Assembly (NCBI GenBank): GCA_964501035.1 | Contig: CAZCRK010000003.1 | Location: 1-64,000, forward strand | Reading direction: 5' to 3' | DNA length: 64,000 nt | In this document: in pieces, positions 1 through 10,228 of the stretch | Layout of the letters: each line of letters starts with the position of its first letter | Position numbering within the stretch: the first letter of the stretch is position 1 | The notes under the pieces: generated by a model | What the model was told of the DNA's origin: nothing | Seen by the model: only the letters and a program-made list of their open reading frames with translations | The model's database searches: none | Translations under genes and position numbers: made by a program

Positions 1-1278
1 ATCATCTAGCTTTAAAGCCATTGTAGTATTAACATGGTAAGTTATCAATTTTTGAATATCATGCGTACGTGTTTGATGATGTCTAATTGTTTGTGATTTT
101 GACAACTCTATATCATAATCTATTTTTATGTATTTACTTAAAGTTGAAACTGTCTTTTGTGATATATTTCTAAAAGTAGTTAACTTGCCGCCAATGACAA
201 AAACTATGGGTTTTTTTCCTGTTAATATTTTTTCTTCTCTTGTATTTTTTCTAGAATTTACGTCCTGGTAAATAAGTGGTCTTAATCCTGCCCAAGTAGT
301 AATGATATCTGTTTTTTTAAGTGCTAAACTAGTTGGGAGAAACGGATTGATTTGTTCGAGAAGGTAGCTAATATCTTCCTTTCTAACATTTACTGAATCA
401 TAACTATCTGTATAATCAGTATCTGTAGTGCCAATGTAAACATATTTACCAGCTTTGTTCATAAAAATGATTCTATTATCTGTTGTTGGTATAACAATCG
501 AACAATTTATTGGTAGATTCTTATGTTTTACAACAATGTGTATTCCCTTAGTAGGTCGTACATATTTATTTTGTTGTATTTCATTAATCCAAACTCCAAC
601 GCAAGAAACAATCGATTTTGATTGGAACTCTAGTATTTCACCATTTAATTCATTTTGAACCGTAATCTTCCATATTTTGCCATTAAATTTATAATTCAAT
701 ACTTTTGCATAATTAACTGCATTTAAATTATTATCATTAACTGAAGTAAATATTGTTGAAAGAGTGAGCTGTGAATCATTTACTAAAGCATCAGTGTACA
801 GATGTGCCCCAATTAGATTTTGCGAATTAATACATGTTTCCCTATTCAAGAACTGTTTTTTTGACATTGATTTGTGTTTTGATAATTTTTTTGTACCAGC
901 TAAAAAATCATACAAAACTAATCCTAGTTTGACAAAATAATAAAAAATTCTGCTTTTTATAATAGGAAACACAAACTGTTGGGTTTTTGCGATTTCAGGA
1001 CAAAGTTCTAACAATAAGTTTCGCTCTTGGAGTGCTTCTTTTACTAATTTAAATTTACCATATTGTAAATATCTCAATCCACCATGTAGCATGCATGAAG
1101 AAGTAGACGATGTTCCAGATGCAAAGTCGTTTTTTTCACACAATATTGTTTTGCAACCAGCTAATGAAGCTTCACGAGCAACTCCAGCTCCATTTATACC
1201 ACCACCAATAACAAAAACATCATAAATTTGATTTTTTGAATTAGAAAGAATATGTTTTCGTAAATCAATCGAGTTCAT
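1..1278 (-). CDS. glpD: FAD-dependent glycerol-3-phosphate dehydrogenase (3' end runs off window; absent from ORF track)
   Basis: Manual translation from ATG at 1278: MNSIDLRKHIL...YDVFVIGGGINGAGVAREASLAG...EKNDFASGTSSTSSCMLHGGLRYL, later GTTDTDY, TWAGLRPL, IGGKLTTFR; all typical GlpD motifs. Confidence 0.9.
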   Translation of the reverse strand, partial: MNSIDLRKHILSNSKNQIYDVFVIGGGINGAGVAREASLAGCKTILCEKNDFASGTSSTSSCMLHGGLRYLQYGKFKLVKEALQERNLLLELCPEIAKTQQFVFPIIKSRIFYYFVKLGLVLYDFLAGTKKLSKHKSMSKKQFLNRETCINSQNLIGAHLYTDALVNDSQLTLSTIFTSVNDNNLNAVNYAKVLNYKFNGKIWKITVQNELNGEILEFQSKSIVSCVGVWINEIQQNKYVRPTKGIHIVVKHKNLPINCSIVIPTTDNRIIFMNKAGKYVYIGTTDTDYTDSYDSVNVRKEDISYLLEQINPFLPTSLALKKTDIITTWAGLRPLIYQDVNSRKNTREEKILTGKKPIVFVIGGKLTTFRNISQKTVSTLSKYIKIDYDIELSKSQTIRHHQTRTHDIQKLITYHVNTTMALKLDD

Positions 1279-2170
1279 TGATTTCAGTTTTTAAAACTTT
1301 TAACTGTGTTAATACCTTTTGAAGAAACAATTTATCATTTTCAACATCGTTCAAAGTAGGCAATTGCTTTGCAAATTTAATAGAATCTGCTCTTTCCAAC
1401 AAGGCGACAAGTTCAAGTAATAATTCTGTATTTACATTTTTTACACTTTTGAGAAAATCCACTAATTCAATTGTAGTCATTTCTGTGGAATTGATAAAAA
1501 ATTGAATTTTTAAGAATTTTTTAAAAATTGTAGTTATTGCAAGATAATATTTTTCTGCATTTATATTATTAACGGGTTGATTTATTTTCAGATTGTTTAT
1601 TTCTGTGTAAAGTGATTCAAATGTATTTGAATAAGATGATGAGGTTTGTCCTCTTTTGAATGGATTTGAGTTAGTTTTATTATATTGTAAATAAATTAAT
1701 ATTAATATCGCTAACACACTCAACGAATAAAAGAAATACCTCTTCCATACATCTATTTCAATAGTTTTATTTTGTTTAATAGATTTCAATTCATTAGTGG
1801 ATTTATCAAGTGATGACTTAATTAAAACTTTTATACTGTCTAACACTATAGCTGTTTCAGTGTTTTGTAAATCACTTACTATTACAGTTAATGATGGCAA
1901 CCAAATTTCGCCAGTTTCCCAACATTGAATATTATAAATTGCTGAATTGCTAGTTGTAGTATTTAGGGACATATCGTATTGCTCCGTGGAGAGCTTTTCG
2001 TTCGGGAATTGTAAAAAATACCCTGTTGTATCAGATACTAAATTAATGGAGTATTTGATTATAGAGCCGATGTAATAATTTTCTGGCTTTATATCCTGTT
2101 GTAAATGGAGTTTTGCAAAGAGAAGCTGAGTATTTAAAACAATAAAAAATACTATAGGAATCAATTTCAT
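1265..2170 (-). CDS. Exported single-TM protein of the type found after DUF58 in MoxR/Bat operons (BatD-like N-terminus)
   Basis: Signal peptide, beta-rich domain, one TM, C-terminal STEMTT..E and ADSIKFAK motifs; position after DUF58. Confidence 0.65.
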   Translation of the reverse strand: MKLIPIVFFIVLNTQLLFAKLHLQQDIKPENYYIGSIIKYSINLVSDTTGYFLQFPNEKLSTEQYDMSLNTTTSNSAIYNIQCWETGEIWLPSLTVIVSDLQNTETAIVLDSIKVLIKSSLDKSTNELKSIKQNKTIEIDVWKRYFFYSLSVLAILILIYLQYNKTNSNPFKRGQTSSSYSNTFESLYTEINNLKINQPVNNINAEKYYLAITTIFKKFLKIQFFINSTEMTTIELVDFLKSVKNVNTELLLELVALLERADSIKFAKQLPTLNDVENDKLFLQKVLTQLKVLKTEINELD

Positions 2171-3039
2171 TTTTGAATTCTATTGTTGAAAAAAATTACA
2201 AGAGGTTCCATATACCCATCTTGAATATCTACATTTATTAAATCAACATTATGTTTTAAACAATATGAATTGAAGTTTTTTACAACTTGTCTAGTATCCT
2301 TTTTCATTTCTGTCAGCAATTTAAAACTATTCGAGTCAACTTGAACAGTTTGTTTTGTTTCACTATCATGAAATGAAATCGTTCCTATCTTAGGCATCTC
2401 ATATTCCATTGAATCTAGAACTCTAACGTTTACTAGGTCATGTTTTTTACTTGTAAGTCTCATTTGCTTCTCAAAATCATTATCCCAAAAATCTGAGAAG
2501 CAAAAGATAACCGACTTTCTTTTAAGCATTTTTTTAACATAGTCAAATGCAAATCCTATATCAGTTTTAGTTTTATATGCTGAATGATATATAATCTCTC
2601 TAATTACTCTTAAAACATGAGACTTACCTTTTAAAGGTGGAATAAATTTTTCTATTTCATCTGAAAACAGCACCAATCCAACTTTATCATTATTTTTAAT
2701 TGCACTGAAACTTAAAATAGATGCAATCTCTGTAATGATATCACTTCTCAAAGAACTTCCAGAACCGAAATGGCTAGAGGAACTAACATCAATCATTATC
2801 AGAACTGTCAATTCACGTTCTTCATCAAATTTTTTAATAAAAGGTTTACCAGTACGAGCAGTTACATTCCAATCTATTGAACGAATATCATCTCCAGGTG
2901 TATATTCTCTTACTTCTGCAAATTCCATACCCATCCCTTTAAAAGCAGAGTGATATTCTCCTCCAAATAAGTCATTTACTAAATGTTTTGTTTTTATTTC
3001 AATTTGTCTAACTTTTTGTAGTATTTCTGAAGGGATCAT
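2167..3039 (-). CDS. DUF58 domain protein (MoxR-associated)
   Basis: GEYHSAFKGMGMEFAEVREYTPGDDIRSIDWNVTAR; DVSSS. Confidence 0.92.
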   Translation of the reverse strand: MIPSEILQKVRQIEIKTKHLVNDLFGGEYHSAFKGMGMEFAEVREYTPGDDIRSIDWNVTARTGKPFIKKFDEERELTVLIMIDVSSSSHFGSGSSLRSDIITEIASILSFSAIKNNDKVGLVLFSDEIEKFIPPLKGKSHVLRVIREIIYHSAYKTKTDIGFAFDYVKKMLKRKSVIFCFSDFWDNDFEKQMRLTSKKHDLVNVRVLDSMEYEMPKIGTISFHDSETKQTVQVDSNSFKLLTEMKKDTRQVVKNFNSYCLKHNVDLINVDIQDGYMEPLVIFFNNRIQK

Positions 3040-4034
3040 TAAGGAGTTGGAATGGAATCAAAAATTTGGGTAATTATTTCTTCTGTTGTTATCTCTTCAG
3101 CTTCAGCTTCGTAAGATAGGATAATTCTGTGCCTTAATATTGCTCTGCCAACTGACCGCACATCTTCGGGGATCACATAAGCTCTATTATTCATAAACGC
3201 TTGTGATTTTGATGCAATTGCCATAAATATTGTAGCACGAGGTGAGGCTCCAAACGTAATCAATTGCTTCAAATTATTAAGATTATAATCTTTAGGAAAA
3301 CGTGTTGCAAGAATAATTGAAACAATATAATCTTGAATATTATCAGCCAAATGTATTTGATCCACTACCTTTCTAGCACTCATAATTTGAGAAACATCAA
3401 TAATTGGTTTCAAACTTGTAGTTTGGTTAATATGTCCCATTCTCTTTAAAATTAATGATTCTTCACTTTTTGTTGGATAATCGATTAATACTTTAAACAT
3501 AAATCGATCAACTTGTGCTTCAGGAAGTGGATAAGTCCCCTCTTGTTCAATAGGATTTTGAGTGGCCATTACTAGAAATGGTTCATTAAGTTTAAATGTT
3601 TCATCACCAATTGTTACTTGACGTTCTTGCATCGCTTCTAATAATGCACTTTGCACTTTTGCTGGAGAACGATTGATTTCATCTGCTAGTATAATATTAG
3701 AAAATACAGGACCTTTTTTTACTTCGAATGTACTTTCTTTAGGATTAAATATTAATGTACCCAAAATATCTGCAGGCAACAAGTCTGGTGTAAATTGTAT
3801 TCGTTGAAATTGTGTAGAAATTAGGGATGCCAATGATTTAACTGTTAAGGTTTTGGCTAATCCTGGCACTCCTTCTAGAAAAATATGACCATTTGCTAAT
3901 ATAGATATTATTATTTTATCTATTAGGTCATCTTGGCCGATAATGACCGTATGTAGCTTTTCTTTTAAGTCATTAATAAACTTAGATTTAATTTTAATTT
4001 GTTCATTTAATTCCTCTAAGTTAAACTCACCCAT
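3039..4034 (-). CDS. moxR: MoxR family AAA+ ATPase
   Basis: EGVPGLAKT, RIQFTPDLLPAD, LADEINRSPAKVQSALLEAM, ATQNPIEQEGTYPLPEAQ. Confidence 0.95.
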   Translation of the reverse strand: MGEFNLEELNEQIKIKSKFINDLKEKLHTVIIGQDDLIDKIIISILANGHIFLEGVPGLAKTLTVKSLASLISTQFQRIQFTPDLLPADILGTLIFNPKESTFEVKKGPVFSNIILADEINRSPAKVQSALLEAMQERQVTIGDETFKLNEPFLVMATQNPIEQEGTYPLPEAQVDRFMFKVLIDYPTKSEESLILKRMGHINQTTSLKPIIDVSQIMSARKVVDQIHLADNIQDYIVSIILATRFPKDYNLNNLKQLITFGASPRATIFMAIASKSQAFMNNRAYVIPEDVRSVGRAILRHRIILSYEAEAEEITTEEIITQIFDSIPTP

Positions 4035-4537
4035 TAATTTTCCCCTTGTATTTTTTTTGCAATAGAATTAAGTGAATCAATTTTTGACTGGTATTTGCTT
4101 AAAATTTCTAATTCATAATCAACTGATGCAATTAACTCATCATTTGGATACTTAGCTTTAAAGTCATTATAATAATCCATTGCAAAGCTATACGCATCGA
4201 GATTATTGCTATATATATATCCCATCATAAATATTGCTTTTTTAGCCATCTCAGATTTTTCATAATTATCAATAACTTTTTGAAATTCAATTAATGCAAT
4301 ATCATAATCCTTGACATCATTCAAATAAATATCTGCAATTTGAAACTGAGCTTCAGCAGCTCTATTTGATGAATTAAAATTATCAATAATTTTTTTTAAA
4401 GACGTTATAGATTGTCCTAAATTATTTTCTTGTCTATCTATTTTGGCTTTTTCCCATAAGTTTTCTATTTCAATTGATTGATTACTGCAACCAACTAAGA
4501 TTAATACAATTACTGAAAATGTTAAAATATTTTTCAT
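4034..4537 (-). CDS. TPR-repeat lipoprotein (BamD/CpoB-like)
   Basis: Lipobox LVGC; TPR-like repeats (AAEAQFQIADIY, AKKAIFMMGYIY, KYPN). Confidence 0.7.
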   Translation of the reverse strand: MKNILTFSVIVLILVGCSNQSIEIENLWEKAKIDRQENNLGQSITSLKKIIDNFNSSNRAAEAQFQIADIYLNDVKDYDIALIEFQKVIDNYEKSEMAKKAIFMMGYIYSNNLDAYSFAMDYYNDFKAKYPNDELIASVDYELEILSKYQSKIDSLNSIAKKIQGEN

Positions 4538-4571
4538 TTTTTCTCCAATTTTGATTTAAATATTAGTTTAG

Positions 4572-4599
4572 AATTTATTACCGTTAACTAAGTTGTAAA
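4572..4599 (-). promoter_or_regulatory. Putative sigma70-type promoter for the TPR-moxR operon
   Basis: TTTACA-N16-TAAATT on the minus strand, upstream of a GGAG SD. Confidence 0.4.
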
Positions 4600-4614
4600 T
4601 AGTAATTTTTATAA

Positions 4615-6408
4615 CTAGAACATATAAGCCATCGATAATGTGAAGTTCCCTTGATTTTTATCAGCAAATGGGTATGCAATATCAAATCGTGCAGGACCTA
4701 GGGGTGTTCTGAATGTTAGACCATACCCTATATTCCAATACCATTTTATCTCATCTTTTAGGGTATTTGTTAAAAAACCACCATCATAGAATATTTCACC
4801 ACCTATTTTCCAAAACATTGGAAATCGCAGCTCAAAGTTACTTAAACATCTTATTTTTGAACCTATATTATCTAGCGTTGAATCTTGGGTATAAAATTCT
4901 TCAATAGAACTCCATCCTCGCAAAGTTGATTCACCTCCAAGATGAAACAATTCATAGTGACTTAAACTCAAATCAGTAGCTTCATTTTCAACATCAAATG
5001 TATAAATTGTATTATAATTTGTTCTAAATGCTAAAATGACTGGTTTTAATACTTCAAAATACCTTCTATACTCGAAATCAAATTGAATGTAATTTCTATT
5101 CCCACCTAAAAAACTTCCATGAAACGTTGGTGTAATTGATAATGAATGCCCTTGTTCTGGGAACATTGGATTTTGTATTTTTTGATTTAAATATGTTACA
5201 CTAATATTTCTATCTTCTATTATATCATTAGTTGCGGATATAAAATTTAAATTAAAATTAAATAAAAGATGTGAATACTTACTTTTACGATAAGTGATAG
5301 ATGAAATTAATCCATAAGAAATTACATGAGTTACGTCATTTAAATCTTCAAAATATAGTTTATTAGTAACTGGTGCTCTATACTTCCATATCCAAGGTGA
5401 ACTTAGCTTAATATGGGTATATTTTCTAAACAAATTGAATTGTTCAATATCGTTTGCTTTTAGACCTAACTCAAAACCAAAACCGAGTTTAGTTGTAGTT
5501 TTAAATATATTTCCAATTTGCCAGTCTAAGGATGAATTAAAAATTGAAACTGGTAAATTTCCATCAATCGTCGATGGAACTTGATCAAATCCAACCTCAG
5601 CAAAAATACCACGAGATTTCAACTCTCTTAGATCAATAACAATATCAATATATCTATTGTTATTCTTATTTTTTATACTATGTATTTCTACAAAGCTAAA
5701 CAGTCCTATTTCAAAAATATTATTTTTTGTTTCATCAATTTTTTGAATATTATAAGGCTCATTTACATTAAATAAAATTTCCCTTTCAATAAACTTTTCT
5801 TTAACAGATGAAATACCATTTATCTTAATTGAGTTAATAAAAAATGAAGGTCCTTCTGCTATTGTAATACGTAAATTGACTTTATTATCAGTAATCTCTG
5901 TTTCATCAATAATACTTATATTTTTCTTGCCCAATGTCATATAGTAATACTTTAATGTTTTTAAATCTTGACTAATTTTAACAGGATTATAAACTGATTC
6001 TCTCTGAGAATCTAAATATTTATTTATATCATGTTGAGTTAATGTTTTATTTCCGACAATTTCAATACTTTCCAAATAAAATCGTTTTCCTTCATTTACA
6101 ATAAATTCAATTGTAACATTGTTTTCACTAGTCTTTGAAACATTTGGATTTACTTTTACATTTATAAAACCACTTGCTCTATAAAATGCTTCTAGGGTAA
6201 TCTTGTCTAAATTTAGGATTTTAGAAGTAAAAATTGATTTAGTTAACAATCCAGGATTTTTAAGGCGTATTACATCATGTAATTCTAATGATGAAAATGA
6301 TTCGTTGCCAACAAACTCAATATTAGAAATATAGTATTTGCTATCCAACGCAAACACATTAGACATAAAAATAATAAAAATAATTGATAAATATTTAACT
6401 CGTTGCAA
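4615..6408 (-). CDS. Omp85-family (TamA/BamA-like) outer membrane protein
   Basis: Signal peptide, three POTRA-like units, LGGESTLRGW, TPLGPARFDIAYP, terminal Phe; adjacent to TamB. Confidence 0.88.
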   Translation of the reverse strand: MQRVKYLSIIFIIFMSNVFALDSKYYISNIEFVGNESFSSLELHDVIRLKNPGLLTKSIFTSKILNLDKITLEAFYRASGFINVKVNPNVSKTSENNVTIEFIVNEGKRFYLESIEIVGNKTLTQHDINKYLDSQRESVYNPVKISQDLKTLKYYYMTLGKKNISIIDETEITDNKVNLRITIAEGPSFFINSIKINGISSVKEKFIEREILFNVNEPYNIQKIDETKNNIFEIGLFSFVEIHSIKNKNNNRYIDIVIDLRELKSRGIFAEVGFDQVPSTIDGNLPVSIFNSSLDWQIGNIFKTTTKLGFGFELGLKANDIEQFNLFRKYTHIKLSSPWIWKYRAPVTNKLYFEDLNDVTHVISYGLISSITYRKSKYSHLLFNFNLNFISATNDIIEDRNISVTYLNQKIQNPMFPEQGHSLSITPTFHGSFLGGNRNYIQFDFEYRRYFEVLKPVILAFRTNYNTIYTFDVENEATDLSLSHYELFHLGGESTLRGWSSIEEFYTQDSTLDNIGSKIRCLSNFELRFPMFWKIGGEIFYDGGFLTNTLKDEIKWYWNIGYGLTFRTPLGPARFDIAYPFADKNQGNFTLSMAYMF

Positions 6409-6410
6409 AT

Positions 6411-9400
6411 CTAATAATGATATTTAAAACGATAGTTAAAGTGCCAGTTATTTTCTTCATCAACTCTTGCAACTATTGACATATTTCTATTAACTCTATA
6501 TGCTATTTCATATTCATTCAATAGTGTTTCTGAAAAGTTAATACTTGTGTTTAAATAAAGATTTTTTGAAATTTGCTTTCCAAAATAAACATTTACATCT
6601 GAGTTATTTTGATTCGAATTTAAAGTTCCATTTTTGTTTTGAACTTTAAATTCATCTAAAATACCATATTGTTGAATATTCTTTTCAATTTCATTTTCAA
6701 CATAATTAGAAACCAAATCCCCCACTCTTATGGTAACATTATCTTCATCAGAAATGGTACTGAAAGCAATCATTTTCAATATATCGCTCTGTGAATAAGT
6801 AGCACTTGTTGATTCTAATATTATATTTGGATTAGATATTGGTCCCACAAATGCAATGTTAATATCCTCATCTATTAATAAAAGGCTAGCTTTTACATCT
6901 ACAAATGGAGATTCATTACCTGGGTTCAAGTAAAATGTCCCTTCGGTATTTTCAAAAACATTTCCATTAAAATCAAATTTTCCATCAATTATGTTTATAG
7001 TACCTGAATAATCAAATTCATCACCACCAGTTGAAGATAAGTTTAACTCTCCATCTACTAGAATATTTAAGTTATCAGTAGTTACCTTTACTTCATTATA
7101 AAGGGGTATAGTAATATCATACTCTGTAAAATTTGCATTGGAAATGTTACTTTCAAAGTAATCTTCTTCTGATGTAAAGCCATACAAAGTAAACTCATGC
7201 GCATTAGGAACAAACTCTCCTGAAATTTTAATTGTATCTTTACCAGTCATCCAAAAATCTGCATTTCCTGTACCATAAAATTGTCCGTAGGAGCTGTTTA
7301 CATAAACTTCATTTCCAGTAAGATGAAGTAAGTAATCTGGTTTAAAAAAAGAATTTAAATCCATTGCACCAGTAATAGATATATTAGCTAGTTCTTCTTT
7401 TTCTTTTTGTGTATCCGAAAATAAAAGTTTTAAATCATTTAAGGCATTGATTATGAAATTTGACTTTAAATTTGGTTTATTCATTTTACCTTCAAATTTA
7501 TCAATAACTAACTTATTATTTGCAATCTTTGCAATAGCATTTATAGAAGTAATTGGATTATCAAGTTGTATTAAATGGATTTCACCATTTCTAACAATTA
7601 CCTGACCTTCTCTTATCGGGTTCTTGAGTGTTCCTGTAAGGTTTAACTGCATTGAAAAATCACCAGAAAGTGAATCTATATTTTGAATATATGGAGGTAA
7701 AAACTCAAGATTAGTAGAAATACCAGTAAACATAAAGTCAATTGGATTATTATAAAGATTGTTCACATTGTCTTTTATTATATCTAAATTAACTGGAAGA
7801 GATCCTACACCGCTATATTCACCATCATTAGTTTTAAAATTTAAATTTTTAAAATACAGTCTTTTATTAGAATAAACTAAAGAACCAGTTAATTGATTAC
7901 CTGTAATTTTATCAAACACTGGATTATTAACTATCAGATTCATCTGAATTTGTGGTTGATCAACTTTATTATAGATTTTAAAATCACCGGATAACAAACC
8001 TTTGCTTTCCTGTTGCCATGGAAAATATCTATTCAATGAAAGTAACTCGAATTTGTCAAAGTTTCCTGAGAAATATAATGAATCATCTTGCGCAAAACCT
8101 TTTTGCAGGTTATAGTTAGCCCAACCTTGAAATTTTACTTCGCCCAATTCAGTAACAAAATTTAAATTACTAAGTGATAGCCTATTGTTTTGAAATGTGA
8201 GTTGACTTGAAAGTTTTGAAAAACTAATATCATCAAAATACCCATCAAAACATGAAGCATTCAGCAATACGATTGGAGAAGACTCCCATTTTGATAGATA
8301 AATATCACTATCGCAAATTGCTCCCAATCTATGTGTTTTACCAAAGATGCTTGAAACATCTTTTAAATTTAGGTTATGTGTTTCCCCATGAAACTTATAT
8401 TTATCATCATTAAAATATTCACCGGATAATTTTATATGACCATTTCCAATATTAATATGAGTATCTTCTAAATCAATCTTACTCTTTTCTAAATTTAAAA
8501 CCATTTTATTGCCATCAAGTCGAATGTTATTTATATAGGCATAATAATCATTTACAAATATTTTATCTTCTACATATTCTCCTGTTATTAAAATAGAATC
8601 CTGTTTAGCGCTGTTTGCTACTATTTTAGTAAATATATTGTTATATTGTTCTGTCCATACATCTAAATTAATTTGTTCAAATATAAGTTTATTAAATATA
8701 AATTCCTGCATTTTAGCATCTATTGTAACATGATTCTTTTCATTTAAATATTGCCAATATACCTTGGCTTTTAAACTATCATAAACAGATGAAAATAGTT
8801 TACCATTATAATAATCTAATTCAGCATTCAAACTAAACTCACCATTTCTCATAGTTGTTTCAAAATTCGTTAGACCATTTACGACTAATTCAATGGGAAT
8901 CAAATTTTTGTTTAACACCTTTAAGTTTTCAGAATTTATTTTACCTTTTATATTAAAGTTATTCAAATCTAAGGCTGTAAAATTTGATATATTTGTTAAA
9001 GTATTTTTATACAATAATTTCAGGTCGTTAGCAGTTAATTGTTTGTTTTTATTAATTTTTAATTTTCCAAGTACCTCTACCTCTTGATTATCAATTCTAA
9101 ATAACTGAGGTTTAAGAATCAACTCTTCATTAACATTTTTACTGATTTCAAATTTTGCATATAAAGAATCAATAAATGAAACACTATTTGATTGCATATT
9201 AAATTCACCGTTTTGAATGTTGAACTTAAGATTTTCAAATATATTTTGATTTAATCTATCAATTTTTATCTTATCAATTTCACCATTACATTGTATATAA
9301 TTATACATTTTGTTCATCTCAATAACAGAAGTTAAATCAAGATTATTTTCGTTATAATTAAATTTAAGTTCATTAATACTAATATTGTTGCGGGCATCTT

Positions 9401-10127
9401 CATAGTTTTCAAGGTTAAAATGCAGCCTGTTAATATTATTACTGCTTAAATCTGCTACAAAATGGTTTAGTTTTACTTCAAAAGTTGGCATCTTTAACTT
9501 AGTATTTTCTATGTTTAGTAAATTATCAGAATAAAGTAATTTTGATTCTACAAATTTAAAACTATAATCATTAAACAAATTAAAATCACCTTGCTGCACG
9601 CTTATAGAAATCTCTTCTGATATTTCGAGTGAAAAGTCTGCTGATATGCATATTGATTCATTGTTTTTCAAATTTAGTTTTAGAGAATCTATATTGAAAT
9701 TTTCAACTAATAAACGTGGTTTAATTTTTTTTGTAAGACTATTCTTAACATCATTTGTCATTTTTGAATATGATTCTACAAATAGATTACTGTTTTTGAT
9801 ATTAATATTTCTAAAATTGAATTCACCATTTATCAAAGGTAAAATAGTTGGATCTAAATATATAGATTTAGCATTGAATATTAAATCTGAACTTTGAAAT
9901 ATTGACACATTATCGATTTCAAATCCTGAAACAATATTTCCTTTAATATTTTGATACTTTATATCAACATTAAATGCCTGACTAATAAACGATTTCAATA
10001 TAGGTTGAAATTCTCTGACAAAAATATCGGTTTTAAAAATAAACAAAGATGTAGTAAATGTTGTAAGAGTTGCAATTGCAACTAAAAACCAAATTAATAT
10101 TCGTCTTATTCTCTTATTTTTACTCAT
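6411..10127 (-). CDS. tamB: Translocation/assembly module TamB-like protein
   Basis: 1238 aa, N-terminal anchor, beta-strand-rich, DUF490-like C-terminus (GKQISKNLY, EIAYRVNRN); next to an Omp85 gene. Confidence 0.8.
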   Translation of the reverse strand: MSKNKRIRRILIWFLVAIATLTTFTTSLFIFKTDIFVREFQPILKSFISQAFNVDIKYQNIKGNIVSGFEIDNVSIFQSSDLIFNAKSIYLDPTILPLINGEFNFRNINIKNSNLFVESYSKMTNDVKNSLTKKIKPRLLVENFNIDSLKLNLKNNESICISADFSLEISEEISISVQQGDFNLFNDYSFKFVESKLLYSDNLLNIENTKLKMPTFEVKLNHFVADLSSNNINRLHFNLENYEDARNNISINELKFNYNENNLDLTSVIEMNKMYNYIQCNGEIDKIKIDRLNQNIFENLKFNIQNGEFNMQSNSVSFIDSLYAKFEISKNVNEELILKPQLFRIDNQEVEVLGKLKINKNKQLTANDLKLLYKNTLTNISNFTALDLNNFNIKGKINSENLKVLNKNLIPIELVVNGLTNFETTMRNGEFSLNAELDYYNGKLFSSVYDSLKAKVYWQYLNEKNHVTIDAKMQEFIFNKLIFEQINLDVWTEQYNNIFTKIVANSAKQDSILITGEYVEDKIFVNDYYAYINNIRLDGNKMVLNLEKSKIDLEDTHINIGNGHIKLSGEYFNDDKYKFHGETHNLNLKDVSSIFGKTHRLGAICDSDIYLSKWESSPIVLLNASCFDGYFDDISFSKLSSQLTFQNNRLSLSNLNFVTELGEVKFQGWANYNLQKGFAQDDSLYFSGNFDKFELLSLNRYFPWQQESKGLLSGDFKIYNKVDQPQIQMNLIVNNPVFDKITGNQLTGSLVYSNKRLYFKNLNFKTNDGEYSGVGSLPVNLDIIKDNVNNLYNNPIDFMFTGISTNLEFLPPYIQNIDSLSGDFSMQLNLTGTLKNPIREGQVIVRNGEIHLIQLDNPITSINAIAKIANNKLVIDKFEGKMNKPNLKSNFIINALNDLKLLFSDTQKEKEELANISITGAMDLNSFFKPDYLLHLTGNEVYVNSSYGQFYGTGNADFWMTGKDTIKISGEFVPNAHEFTLYGFTSEEDYFESNISNANFTEYDITIPLYNEVKVTTDNLNILVDGELNLSSTGGDEFDYSGTINIIDGKFDFNGNVFENTEGTFYLNPGNESPFVDVKASLLLIDEDINIAFVGPISNPNIILESTSATYSQSDILKMIAFSTISDEDNVTIRVGDLVSNYVENEIEKNIQQYGILDEFKVQNKNGTLNSNQNNSDVNVYFGKQISKNLYLNTSINFSETLLNEYEIAYRVNRNMSIVARVDEENNWHFNYRFKYHY

Positions 10128-10165
10128 TCTGTATTATATAAAATTAACTTAAAATTGTTTCATAT

Positions 10166-10205
10166 AAAAAAACAAAATGGGCAGAAACTGCCCATTTTGT
10201 TTTTT
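10166..10205 (-). terminator. Rho-independent terminator after dnaK (A/T tracts on both sides)
   Basis: AAAAAACAAAATGGGCAG-AAA-CTGCCCATTTTGTTTTTT perfect inverted repeat. Confidence 0.9.
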
Positions 10206-10228
10206 ATAACTCTAGTTTAATATAATAA

